Origin: Antedon mediterranea
Lineage: Eukaryota; Animalia; Echinodermata
Length of the DNA: 64,000 bases
Reading direction: 5' to 3'
Assembly (NCBI RefSeq): GCF_964355755.1
Contig: NC_092680.1
Span: 18,733,045 to 18,797,044, forward strand
In this document: in pieces, positions 27,101-42,100 of the stretch
Layout of the letters: each line of letters starts with the position of its first letter
Position numbering within the stretch: the stretch's first letter is position 1
The notes under the pieces: generated by a model
What the model saw: only the letters and a program-made list of their open reading frames with translations
Databases searched by the model: none
What the model was told of the DNA's origin: nothing
Program-made: the position numbers and the translations under genes

Positions 27101-30100
27101 TTCTTTTCAAGAATAAATACAAATTTTTTTAATAATTCATCTAGATCCAAGAGATTCAATATTGCTTGTTAAAATGCATGACATGCAGTCTTACCCTAAT
27201 GGTTTCAGATCCTGGATGGTGCTGTAGTACATACTGTTGACCTCTTTCAAGAATTGTATTAAATGGCTTCTCTCTCGCTTCTATTTCTTGGAGTAGACTC
27301 TGAAATAAACAATTAATAAAATTAATAATGTCTTGGTCTGGGTTTGGCTATAGTATCTCAACAGTCAAAAAAAGGTTTGTTAAAAATTAGGCTGTTTCTT
27401 AAATAAAAATGTTCTTGCATATATATTCCTTCTATGTTGAAATTTTTTCCTAGAATATGTTCAATTCATCAAACAATTTTTTAAAATCACCATGTGGTGT
27501 CTCTCCAATTCTTCTATATCTAAGTTTTTAGCGCTCCAATCACGTGCAGACTCTTGTTCCTCCTTCTCGTCCAACCACATCAGTTCTTCTGTAGCTTCTT
27601 GGACAAACCTCAATAACACATCTGAGTCGCCGATTCGTTTACTGGCCATATCCTTCAGATGATTGAAACCTTCCTCAAGTTTTGCAAGAAGTTTTCCGTA
27701 GTGTTCGCGTTCATCTCCCTTTAACTTTTTGTGAGTTTGCCGGCAACGATCAATGTTGTTTTTGTAAGCCTGGATAGATTTCTCATCAAATCGTGCCTTG
27801 GATACTGCATTTTGAATACTTGCCAAGTCTGTGCCATACGAGGTGTTTGAAATTTCAACCTGTTTGAAGAAGAGATATCAATTATCGATAACAGATCAGT
27901 AACAATTAAACATACATTTGAACATAAAATACTGTATTAAGCATTAATTCAATTTAACATTAATTGTTTTACTGAGCTGCGTTCTATCTCAAGTAAAATT
28001 TTTGAATTGGACAGTCTTTAGACGCTCAGAGAAAACTATTTCAAGAACTTCCTTAGTGGAAAGATATCTGTACTACTGTTCATTATCTGTGTTTTCAGGG
28101 AACCAAAATGTCCACCTATGCTGTTGTTATGACATGCCTTTTTAAACTCTCAATTTCCCTTTTTATGATAGAAAAAAGACTCACCGATTTATTCTCAACC
28201 CAGGTAATGTGTTCATTGATTGATGTTAGTAGCTTAGGGTCAAGTTGCACAGCTGCTGGTTTTGGTGACACCATTGGCTTCACTGTTATTTTGTAGGATT
28301 CAATGGAAGACGCACGCTTCTCAAGAGCCTCAACTCTACAGGAACATAAAAAAAATTGTTTTAAATTCACATTAATACACTCTTTTAATTTATATTTCTA
28401 ATTCATCCCAAATCAAACAGAGAATCGCCATGCTTTCTATTATGGTTCTTAAATACTAATCGAGCTGACGACCTATGACCTACACATTCATGCGTTGTTG
28501 GTCATCATCTGGACACAAAAACAGTGTCACGATCAGAATAGAGAGAGAGAATAGGGCGGAACAATGCGCACAATTAATTAACATGACTTGTTCCTATATC
28601 GTTGAAAGCTCATCATCTGTCAACCACATCAATATCATGCATGCATACAAATGTAATCATAAGGGAATAAAATTTCAATTTTTACTTTTTTAATAGGTCT
28701 TTCCATCCTTCGAATTGCCCTTCCTTTAGTTGCTGTACATTGCTAAACAAAGTCCGTATATTATTTTTACAAGTCTGTATAAAAAGAAAAATGACAGATT
28801 AATCACGAATACTTTGCATTTACTTTTGAAAATGATTTCATTATTGATTATTCAGTTTATGTGAAAACAAAATGTGATGTGTCCATATATAGACATGATG
28901 ATGTCATATCACTACTATATTTGGGCATATCACTACCATATTTAGGCATACTTTTTTGTTTGAATAGTTTAGACAGGGCTTAAAGTTTGAAAATTTCTTG
29001 GTTGCCACTTCCTTTCTTTATGTATTATTATTATATGATTAAAGATTGGGAATAATGAATGGAAGAAAATTATTTTAAAAATTTTTAAATATAAGAGAAT
29101 ATTGTTTAGTTACCATAATATTTCCTTCTATCACCTCAATGGTGCGCTTGATGTCAGCCCCAGTCAAACGACCTGAACTACCTTCAACTTCTTTGATCTG
29201 ACTTTCAACGCTGTCAAGATCCAAGTTCACAGACTCAATCTGGTCCAGTATCTTCTGACCAAGCTCTGATAAATGACGATTCCTTAAAAAACACCCAGAA
29301 AAATATAAGTTGCATATTCTACAATGGAGCTAAACAAATGTTTTAGTAGCCAAATCAATGGTTTGATTCAATTGGATAAATAATATATGGACATGATGAT
29401 GTCATATCTCTACCATATTTGTCACATACACTTTGATAGAGCATAGTTGTACCTGATGAATGTTTGACACAAAACTAAATATTTGTCACTATACCTTGAT
29501 AAAAGTGCTTGTAATGCATTCTCTCGTTGTTGTTCTGCTGTGATGAGTTTTTCCCATGCTGACTCTAGCTCACGTGCATGCACGACAGATGGGGGACGCA
29601 TCTGCCCTGTTTTGTGGAGCTCTGTGTTCAGTTTGTGGTACTTGGCAACAGTCTTTCGCAAATCAGCTAGCTTGGTGGGGACATCCTGTGAGCGTAAGTG
29701 CGTAAGTTCCGATTGCAGCTTCTAAATGGTTAACAGGTGAGGAAAAAAACAACTTGATAGTGATGCACAAAAGATTACTGAATAAATTGATTGGCTGACA
29801 TACACAAATGAACACTTTATGAGTTTTTAATGTATTGGGGTTAATACATCTAATACCTAAAATTAAAATATAATTTTCACACTAGAATTTACTATATATT
29901 TGTAATTTTATCAAGACATTCAAAACTTTGGCAATGCTATGCAAAAATGAATTTGACTTGAGACTTTCTTTTACCTTTATATCAGCATGTTGATCAAAGT
30001 TTCTGTCATCCATTTTAATTGTAGTCTGTTGAATCCAGTCCATTAACGATCTGGCTTCCTGTTGGTAGGCCTCCCATACCGGCTCTGACGACTGAAAATA

Positions 30101-33100
30101 ATAGTAAACAAGGCCAACAGCCATAAGTCGCGTGCTAAAACGCATAGTGATACCGGACAGACGGACAGACCGACATAGTGAACTATAGAGTTGCGTCCAC
30201 GCGACTAATAAAAAGAAACATTAACAACATATTACCACTTAAAGCGCAGAACTTGTTCCAGAATAAAGCTATAGGAAAATGAGTCTGAAAGCACAAACAT
30301 ATCTGTATCCACACAACATGTTTTACTTTATCCAAGTAAGGTAGGCAGGAAATTGCATTCAGATTAAAAGTTTCTAAACAAAGTTGATCATAAATACTTT
30401 TGTTAGAGGTGGATCCCAGGGCTGGTGCTTGCCTCCTAAACGTTGATAATTGCAATGCAAAGAATAGGAAATTAGGTTAAGTCCAGCACTTCATTTTTAG
30501 GCCACGCTCCTTAATCCTGAATCAGCCACGGTTCTTGTATGTCTGCTTTAAATTTTAAAATACTTACACTAACTACAACAGATGAATGCTGTACTGAGGA
30601 TTTGTGCATTGTGACAGTTGCCTGTTGCACTGGAGGTGCTGGCACTTTTGGGAAGACATCGTAGAGGGACGATACATACATCAATATTGATTTCTCATCT
30701 GGACTGGCAACATCCACATCTGGAGGAAATGAAATGAAAAGTACTAATGTTATCTCTATTTTGATTATTATATTATGCTATTGCCAATGACTCGGACACC
30801 ACATGGATTAAAATGAAACTTTATACACGTTAGAGAAGATGTTGGGAAGAGTGGGGATAAGCCATTGTATTTTCTTTATCAATCATATCTAGCACCTAGA
30901 GATCATCACCATTATAAATATAAACTTCTGCAATATCAATGTGTTTTATAAGTATGCAGTGGGTCTATTGTAGTCGACAGCAATAATCTCATGATTTATA
31001 TAAACGATATTATGAATATGGAACAGTCAATTTATTTTAAATGAGAGTCAACACAAGCTAAATGGGATCAGCAAATTACATTTTTCTTTATTCATTCACA
31101 TTTATTTGAAACAGTCAATTTACAGTTTCAGGGATTGAAATTGGAAGTAAAGGAGCCTTATACCAACCTCTAAACAAACAAGGCCAACAGCCATTAAGTC
31201 GCGTGCTACAATGCATAGTGATACCGGACCGACAGACAAACAGACCGACAGACAGACAGACAGACGGACCGACCGACATAGTGAACTATACTGACCGAAA
31301 TTACTGAACATGTTTAAAAATGTTGAAATGTTTAAAAACATTTATATTTTTTTAATTTACACGTGCGTAGCCTGTCACTTTTGACGTGCTCGTATAACGT
31401 AATTTCGAGTTGAAAAGTATGTCAAGAAAACAGAAATCGGGCAAAAAGAGTGCGCAATAACATTTAACGCGCAGTGCGCGCGCAAAAATCTGCGCACTCA
31501 TGGCAATTTTGTAAACGCTTAAAATTGCCTGAAACGTACTCTTATTTCATCGAAAATAAATTTTGAAAATTTTAAGCGCGCTTACGCATGCGTTACATGC
31601 GCTACGCACGTAATTGTATTGCCATATGATGATTTATGCCCTGAAATTTATGAGTACCAAATTTTATTTAATTGTGATTCATGGTTGTTAAGATATGATT
31701 ACAAACGTGATTTCGTTAAATCGTGCGTAGACCGCGTAATTTTTTATTGCGCGCCGTGAAAACATAACCACATCGATTCCTGGCCATAAGGAATATTCTG
31801 TGAAAAATTGACTTAGCTAGATTAAACTGATATCAAGATAAGGTCATAAAGCGATAAAACGCATAGTGATACCGGACCGACAGACAGACAGACAGACCGA
31901 CAGACAGACCGACAGACAGACAGACAGACCGACCGACAGACCGACAGACAGACAGACAGACCGACCGACCGACCGACATAGTGAACTATAGAGTCGCTTC
32001 CACGCGACTAAAAATGAATGAAGAAAAATCGACTACTGAGTACTGTATAATAATTGTTGTTTGAACGAATAATTCTGATCAGAAAAATCTTATGTTACAT
32101 ACCTTCTGGATCAAGCAAGCGAGGTACACCGACTGATTCAGCCACAGCAAAGGCATTTTCCAAGTTACCACGATGATTCCTTGGATTGAGGCTTTTGAAA
32201 TCTATCAGATCTGGTCTGTAAAGTAAAAGTAACAAATTCTTATGTCACTGCTTCAGTAAACTTTATTTTTTACAATACGGTCCAGGTTTTCGTTTGATTC
32301 TGTTTTTTGGTAGTAAATATCTAAAAACGAGATGCCTAAAAATAGGAATTGTGCTACACACTGGACATATTATTCATTATTAGTCAATTTTACCAAATTG
32401 TCCTATTCTTTAAAATGGATATTTTCTGAATTTCCTTAAAATTATTCTGGAGTTATGGTGTTATGATATCACATTCAATCCTGTACCATACTGATTGCAT
32501 CCTTAGCCAAGATGCTTTACTCTCATAGAGCATGTTAAAGAAATTGGTACACTATTCGAAAAGAGATGGGGATCATCTGTAGTGTGCTGATCAGGTAAGC
32601 GCTGCACTGCTGGCTGCTGTGTGTCGGTGGAGGGCCAAATCCAAATTTTCTCAGTTTCCAGTTAATCTTGAGGACCAGAATTCCTTTACTTTATACCTTT
32701 CTACCTTAGATTTCTGAATCATTAATAGCTGTTTGTATGCGTTTGTTTGTTTGTTCATTTTTATACTGGGTGACCTCTTCAGTCAAAGACTGATCTCCCA
32801 GAGGACCCAGTTGGTGATCAGTGGCTGTGATGTACTAATACACCGGGGTAACCCCCTACTCGTCTCGAAAGATGTACTAGGTTCTTTAAAGTGCACACGA
32901 GCTAGTTGTGTACACTGGACCTACGGTTTATAGTCCTTATCCGAGAAGACGTGTGTGTGAAGAGTAAGAAGAAAATGTATATTCTACCTGTTTCTGTGAA
33001 GGACTGCATTGAATGCTAACCCATCTCGCCAACTTTGTCCAAAGTTATTAATGGTCACTCCAGGGTAGCCCTCTGTTACACATTTGGCCCAAAACATTAA

Positions 33101-36100
33101 ACCATCCTTAGCTTGGACCTGTTCACCCACATGGCTCTCGACAACAATGTCAGAGATCTGTAGCAAGTAAAATAGTAAATAGTAAATATACATTAGTTTG
33201 CATTTAAATTCCAATTATTTCAATTAACAAAAACATGGCGGTATTGCAAATATGTACAGAAATTAATACAATAATTCTGCATCATTCCAATTTAATATCT
33301 GTATTGTTATTAATAATAATAATATCCTGGATTTATATAGCGCCTAATGTTGTGAAACCTCTAAGCGCTGAACATTATTACCCCAGTTATTTTTTGGATC
33401 AAACACGTATGGAAACATACTCCTATAATGCAGCTAATAATCAGTGCAAAGTTGTGTCTTGATCTTATAACCGGGTTCCCATTTATACACCTGGGTGTAA
33501 AGAGGCAAACGTAAGTAAAGTATCTTGCCTAAGGATACAACCAATGCGGCGAGAGTTGGATTCGAATCTCGAACGTCCAACAAACTGCGCCACACGCCCT
33601 TACATTGTTTTTTACATATTATTATTTTTGTTACCTCACTACATATATTTATGGTAGTTACATGTAATACATAAAAGCGTGCTTGTTGTTTTTCACAATT
33701 TTGCTCTAAAATATATATTTGAAAACAAAAGTTCATCAACCACCTAATATTTTGTTTTATAAGAATATCATAAAGATTGTCATATGAAGATCTAGTGAAT
33801 GTCATGAAGCTAAAGGTTAAGAAAGGAATGAACTTGTGTCATCAAACAATCTGTAAGGAGACTAGCATAATGTCATGACACTCTGCAGGGAGTCTAGCAG
33901 GTGTACTGTATCTTAGCAACTGTCATTAAGGAGGCATCATTAGGAGACCCAATGAGTCAGGTATCACTAAAATGGTAATTCTCGTACTGCATGAATGATT
34001 GTTATACACTAACGAGAAATATAAATTTAAGTTTTTTTATCAAAAATCAATATTGTATGTCTATTGTATTGTTTTTTATGTTTATAATATTGTATAGCCT
34101 TCCAACTACTGTATGCAATTACAAGTTCTTGAATTCAAACAAATAAAATGATGGTTCATAATAATTCCATTCGATGGTATATATGTTAAATTTATTGTGT
34201 ACTTTGACTTTTTATAAATCCACAATTACGTATTATTCTATTACTAGTAAGAACATTTTACATTATAATGAATTATGTATTAAACACTATATTATATATG
34301 AATACATCAATACACGTTTCTAAACAAAGGTAATGCTAAGATTATATCATCCTAAATTTATTATATTGGTAACTTGTCCAATTCTAATTACGCCCTAGAA
34401 ATCCCATGGCAATCATAAAATAGACAGATACATCAAATACTATAGTAGTAGTGTAGTAATCTAACTGTTTGCTAACCTCAATGAAAAACTATTAATAAGC
34501 TAATAAAATCAATGCTCCTTTAAAAAAAAAACAATTAAAAGCACCTTACGTGTTTATATGAATAACTCACAAATGTATAATCCATAAATCCCACTCTTGT
34601 TGGTATATCACACAAACTCGCAACTCGCTAGGCCTAACTATAATTCAAAGGCTCTATGCTTTTGCTATGAATTCTAGTACTGTGTTAAGAAAAGTCTGAT
34701 ATATTTTGAGAAGCACAGATTGTTATTTCATTCCTTAATACTATAATTAAAACAGCCGCAAATGATCAATAAAACAGAGAAACCTAGGCAACCCACCTGC
34801 AAGCAAAATATTATTTAAATTTTGTGTTGTTATGTCGCATTACACTATTGTTATGCATATTTTAATTCATAATTTAATTTTTCATCAGCTTAACAAATAT
34901 TGTACTTTTTAAACACAATACCAATGAATATTGTTGATTATTTAATGTACAAATGTTATTAATGCTGGTTTGTATACAAGATGTGTGGCTCTTCCATTGT
35001 AATTGCTATGAAAGTCACTGATGAGCATTGTTAGACATATTGTAAACAGTGGCAGTTAACTTAATCGTTTATGGAAACCAGCCTCAAATCTAGGCCTAAG
35101 ATGTAGTGGTCATAGGTGAATACAACAAAGAGCTTGGACAAGGTTTTGACCAGAACTGATAACCTAAATTTCTAAAATTTAATGCAAAGGATATAGGATA
35201 TTACTAATTAGTTTAGCACTTAATTTTACAATTTTTAAGACACCTATATCTCTAAATCCAAGAACTGCCAATGGTGTTTATTAAATCAAAAGAAGTATCA
35301 TAGAAGCCTTATATAAACTACTAGCAACAATGTGCAACAACCCAGAGAAATTCAGTAGCATAGAATTTAGTGCCTCGTCTTTTCTTTATCTACAAACAAG
35401 ACTGTGGAACCAATACAAACTGTATATCATTGTCGTACTACAACCTTGTCTTACCTGTACGCTACGACGACTCTCACAATCACTTGTGTCTGAATTTTGC
35501 TCGCTTATTCCAACCTCATTATGAGGTATTAAGGGCGAGTCCACAATTCTATGTTTTTTACGTCGTTTTAAAGGTCTTGCTTCATCAATGACGTTCAATG
35601 ATGCAACCGAGACAGGTGCGTAAAGATCTTCTTTGGACCCGGTAGCACCACTACAACATTTAAGTTTACTTCCTCTATTGCCCATACCGATTTATTTATC
35701 ATAAATATTTCCACAAGAAAATACAATAGGCTTCAGAATCCGCTATTAGTAAATCCATGATTCTATGCAGGCATAGCATTCAATATCTTGATTTAGTTTA
35801 TTCATTTCATAAAACAAAAAGTGTCTCGATTCAAACAAAATTGAAAATATCAAAAAGATGTCAAAGATTACACATAATCTAAATCTGACATTTTTGCAAA
35901 GTTCTGTTCGTGAAATATCTCAACAGTAAACGTGTCATTTCTTCACAGCAATAACATTTATTCTTTAGTGTTGCCTTTTAAATGTCAAAGTGTAGGCATT
36001 ATAACAGAATTTGGCAAACATGTGAGAAACCAATATGCCAAGAGAGAGACAAAAGTCAACACCAATCAACTCTATCACCTCAAAAAGGAAAAAAGAAAAT

Positions 36101-39100
36101 CGCTGTTTGTTTCTTCACCAGATTGACAAAATACAACACGCTTGCGAGTACTGACTTGAAAGTTATTTGTTTGATTCACGTAGCGAAAAAGCTACCCTGA
36201 ACTATACACAACAAATAAATAATTGAAACAAGCGCAAACATCTTCATTATGCATTTGCTTTGTTGTAAATATCAAGTGTGCAAACAAAAAATGTAGATAT
36301 ATGAATTCTTCTTTGAAATCTTCCACATGCATCAGCAATAATTCCAATAATAATATTAAAATATCATTCAAAATACCGATGAACGTGATTCCCTGACCTT
36401 TCACTCGACAGACTTTAAACTTTAATGAATGAATCAATGGATGTCTGTGACAATTACAGACAAATTAATGCTTTAATTTCATAAAGGTGAACACATCACA
36501 GAATATGCCTTTCAATATTCCTCATACAACACTAATGTGATATAGATTCTGTTTAGTTCTTAATAATGTTGATATCATATTATTAAGGCACATACAGATC
36601 ACAATACCTGTAGTAAGTTTCTAAATGTGAATGAATTAAATTAGCGTACGTAGTATTATTGCTTTTTTACGTAGAAAGCAGGATCTAGCATAATAATACA
36701 GACAGCTAGATTCTGCATGTATGCCAAAGCAACATTGCAACCTTCTTAATTAAAAAATTCTTCTGATCTTCTGATAAAAAACAAATGCAACATGCCTTAC
36801 ACCAATGATACCAATCTTGACGTAACCATTTATCACTAAGTCTCCTTTGCATCCACGAATAAGAAAACAATAATTCAGTAAAGTAAACGTATTATCCAAA
36901 ATTCTGAAGACAATCAGAATCTGTTATCCATTGAAAATTAAAACTGTATTCTAAGAAGAACTGTATGTGAAATTGCACCTGAAGAGACTCATTAAAAACA
37001 TGAAAGTGTCTTCATTAACATAATTATTTTCTGAATTCACACATAGATTAATAAGACTTTGGTCATTAGGTTTCCTGAGGCAAAATGTGAATCACAGTTT
37101 TATTCTACATTAACATAATATTCCAACATTAAAAAACATGGGCAACAAGTATTTCACTGTTCAGATACCGGATACTGTTAATGGGTTAATGGAAAATTGT
37201 TTTCAGCAACATCACTTATAGTATAAATTTGAAATGTTTGTTTATACTGTGAAGCCTTTAATTTGATATTTTAAAATGTTTTTGTCAGGTAACCAAGAAT
37301 ATTTCTTAATAAAAACAGTTTCAATGTCTAAACCTTTTTTTTTCCCCCCGTTTCTGTATTTTTTTACTTTCTTATACGTGCCAATATAATGAGGTTGAAA
37401 TCCACACTGCACCATGAAACATATAACACATTCAGAAGTTGAATAATACCAGCATACACTAAAGCAAATATATGTCATCAGACATGGATGTGATTTGGCA
37501 ACAAGCAGGCCTAATCATTAAGAAATGATCCACAGCAAGGCTTTCACAATCCGGACATGAATCGAATATTCTTCATATTAATAAAAATACACCAGCTATT
37601 TTCCTGAACAAAACTGATGCGGTTCCACAAATCTATTTCAGTGATCCGTATCACAAGATGATTTTGAAACACAGACGTTCAACTGCTTGATGACATCTGA
37701 CCATCCTAGGCCCCTTGATTAAAGATAATAAATGACAGAAACAGGCCTATACTCAGCATGAGGTTTAGTGAAGATGCTAGGCCTGATTGAAATCAAACTG
37801 ATGAAAACCTAAGCCCAGACTAATGATGTGATGTACAGTATCCACGTTGTGGATGCACTGCTCACTGTACTGTACTCTGTGCAGCATATTTAGTTAATAG
37901 GCCTTGTTGTATCACCACAATCTTTATTGATTTTTTCATTATGACTGTAACAGGGAAAATACAAATTGCAGTCCACTATTCACAAACAATAACACGAGAC
38001 CAGAATGATTTGTCAACGGCGTGAAATGAAATACAAACTGCATCAAATATTGCAGCTTAATTAAATATGGAATCAGGATGTTGTTAAAAGACGACATGCT
38101 TCAAAGCACATGATTAACATAAGACACACTTGCCTTTCAAATATGTAAATATCACAATTTGAATATTACAATTCATTAAAATCTAGCAAAGTTTTTGATA
38201 TAATAATACTATAGCTAAAAAATAAAACATTTACATAATTGTAGTAACTTTGATCATGTAATCATCATCTCATTTTTATATTTTATATATTTTTATTGTA
38301 TTTAAGTAATGGCTAATTGAGAAAGAAATTTTTATTCCAAATTCAATATTAAACAATTTTCATTTATTAACTGAGATAGTTAATTTTAATTTTATTAAAC
38401 AAAATTATTATAATATATTGATAAATATAATTTCAGTGATTTTGGAATATATTGTATTAAATAATACAATCTTGAATAGTTACTACTGTAGTACAAATAC
38501 AGTATATAGACCCCTGCCCTTAATATTGTGTCACATGTTAGCATGCTTCACTGCACAACATCAATACTGTATCACCAATTTATCGTTCAATAGTAAAGAC
38601 ACTGCAAATTTCCCAGAAGTCTCAATATCAATATACGTCTAAAATAATTGCTGAATGAAATAATAACAAACGACTTCTTGCATTAGGAAGGATTGCCACG
38701 TTTTGAGACAATTTGAAATAACAATTCTATAAATTTAGGTTGTGACAATTCATTGCATTAATTAATCAATTAAGTTACAAAAGGTTTGCTGTAATTTAAC
38801 TTTTGGAAGAATCTTCTAAATCAACTGAATTCCATCTTTTACTCTTTTTAAAAGTTTTACTAACGATTTTTATTTTATTTTTTTTAATTATATTTATGTT
38901 TTTGCTTTATGTACACGACAACTAACGATCAAATAACAGTTTTTCACATCGCAACTTATACAACGTAATTTTGAAAACTACAACCATTTTTCTATATACC
39001 GTACATACAACATACATTTCTAGTCTAACAAAAACATTTTCCTAAACTTTCTATTATTTAAAAGTCGAAGATAGCCAGGTCTCGGGTCCATTCTATTGTC

Positions 39101-42100
39101 GCCACAGATTGATATCTTCATCAGTACTTCTATGAATGGATGATTAGGTGGGAACACGAACGCTAGTTGATCATACCCAGTACCGTTTGATCGTACGATT
39201 AATCGGGAAACCACCTTACGACGTTAATATTTAAATTAAATAAATTGTTTATTTTCATAGTAAGACGTAGTAATTAACATTATTCAGATTGTATTAATTA
39301 TATTTATATAGGTGTCAATTTGGAAAAAAAGAAAAATCAGGAGAATTTGTGAAAGGTTGTAAAAAGAAGAAAACTATACCAACTTTATTCACATCATCAT
39401 ACATAAATAGTACAATACAATACAATATGTATGTGTGTGTGAAAAGGAACCAAAAAAAAAAAAAGTTTATTCTGGTAAAAATCTATTTTAGTAAACAATA
39501 AGAATGCAGCAAAAAACCTACAAAATGTTTGTTCATCTTTAGTTAATTAGGCATAGAGCCTAGTTTGTAGAGCTTAAATAATACATTTATAATATTATTT
39601 ATTTCATAAATCAGGATGGTTTTTTCCATCTAAAACAATTGGAAGAAATTGCAATTTTGCAAGAAAGGGAGGAGGATAACTCAAAATATCAGGAAACTCC
39701 TGTAATCAGAAGACTTGGAAGTCTGTCTTTATAATCTCCCATTTGATTGGCACCATTACCACTATTTACAACTTCCCATCAACATCATCAAAACATGATT
39801 GGCACCATTACCACTATTTACAACTTCCCATATATTAATTCATCAACATCATACTTGATTGGCACCATTATCACTATTTACAACTTCCCATAAAATAATG
39901 TCGGCCATCTTTGAGGGAGAATACCATGGCAATACAAACAATTAGAGTGATTAATGAGGGCAAACATTGTTGACCTAACAGTTTTAAACGACCAATCAGT
40001 AGTGAGAGCTTTATGTACAGCAAAGTAGATTGACTGGAAGAATCTCTCTGTATAATTATTCAATTTGTAAACATTACGATTCCATTGAGAAAAACATTAT
40101 TATTATTTATAATAACCAAGTGCATTAAAAATAGATTTGCAATTGTAATGACTAAGATATTGATACCATAAAACAAAATAAAATTATATTCAATTGAATG
40201 TGCAGAGGTAAAAATAATTTTTCGCAATAAAATTCTATAAAATGAATTTCATTTTCTTTTTAATTAAATTATTACGAATAAATAATATAAAAATATGTAG
40301 CATAAAATATTATCAGAAAGTACTAAAGTACCAAAAACATTTAGGTTTATATGACATATAGACAATGACAAATTTACCGAAAACATGTGAAGCAAGGAGA
40401 GACAAACCAAAATAGGTATACAGTGTGGATATACGCAACTAACAATTACCAAATGGCCGTAAGATGACCAGGAGTGTTGATAATGAAGTGAAGAGCTCCG
40501 TAGATTGTACAACCCATAGTAGGCTACCCAGATTATAAGTCAATACACATAAAAATGTTCCATCTTTCTAAAAACCAACTTACATCAATCCGCAAATCAA
40601 TGTTTAAATAATCCATCACGTTTCATTGTATAGAATACACCTTCAAATAATAAATAGTACCAAATTACTGATCATCTTAGGACAGGTTGTGTGACCTCAT
40701 TGAACCAGTGCAAGCTGTTTTAGCTGGAAACTGCATGGAAAGAACCCCAGCACCTTCTGATAGTTTATATAGGGGTCTAGCAAATGAAGTTTTGACATAC
40801 CAAGGTTAATCATTATCAAAACAAACCTACTATATACTATAATATATTGACATAACAGACTTGGTAAACTTTTACAAAACGTTATTGGCTGAGCAAATAT
40901 ATTCCTTTCGTAGCAACTCAGATATAAACCCATCATCCTGATGGGCTTATACCTATACAACAACATGAGTGGGCCAGCTATAAATGTATATATGCATTAA
41001 ATTACTAACAAAATACTGAGTTGAGTATTGTTTATGCAAAATGATCTTTTCATGGAGAATACAACATGGTCATTGGGTAAGTCTATGAATAACACACACT
41101 TGACCCAATTTGTGTTCAAGAGAAGTAGAAAAAAAGAATAGGGCCTTATAGCATCAAGAGTATTTGTTTCGAACAATCAAAAAGATTTGTACTTTATGAA
41201 TGAACTAATTTACAAAATAAAATTTATAAATATGTACACAGTAATACAAAAACACAGGAGACTGTAATCAAATAAAAAATATATGATATAATTTATGGAT
41301 GTTTTAGGACTGCTTGAACAGTTAATTTGAGTTTGAACCACAAGAAAAATATTAATTGGAATGGCATTTCAAACTTGAAGTATGTGCTAAATTTGTAGAA
41401 GTATCACATTTTGTTGTCACATAAAGTTTGATAGTGTAGACAGAGTTTTAGAAAGGTCGTTATTGTGTTATTTTCTTTTTAATCATAAGACTTACTTGGA
41501 AGTGTAGAATGATGGTCCAAACTAGGCCTAGAGTAAGCTTTGGGTTGCCGTTGACGATTTCATCACTCCGGATGTTGACCAACATAACCTATGAAAACAA
41601 TTTTAAAAGATTGAAAACATGCAGAGTAGACACCCCTATTCAAGGGAACCATTATTAGGGGGACACTTTATGTGAAAGAATAAGGGGTAATATACACTAT
41701 AGACAATCCTTATTCAGGGGCACCTCTATTAAGGGGACACTTATGTGAAAGAATAAGGGGTAATATACACTATAGACAATCCTTATTCAGGGGCACCTCT
41801 ATTAAGGGGACACTTATGTGAAAGAATAAGGGGTAATATACACTATAGACAATCCTTATTCAGGGACACCTCTATTAAGGGGACATTTATGTGAAAGAAT
41901 AAGGGGTAATATACACTATAGACAATCCTTATTCAGGGACACCTCTATTAAGGGGACATTTATGTGAAAAAATAAGGGGTAATATACATTATAGACAATC
42001 CTTATTCAGGGACACCTCTATTAAGGGGACATTTATGTGAAAGAATAAGGGGTAATATACACTATAGACAATCCTTATTCAGGGACACCTCTATTAAGGG

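Noticed and set aside
39020-39214. 64-aa ORF in a slightly GC-richer patch
   Set aside because: No recognisable homology or usable splice sites; possibly a repeat remnant.
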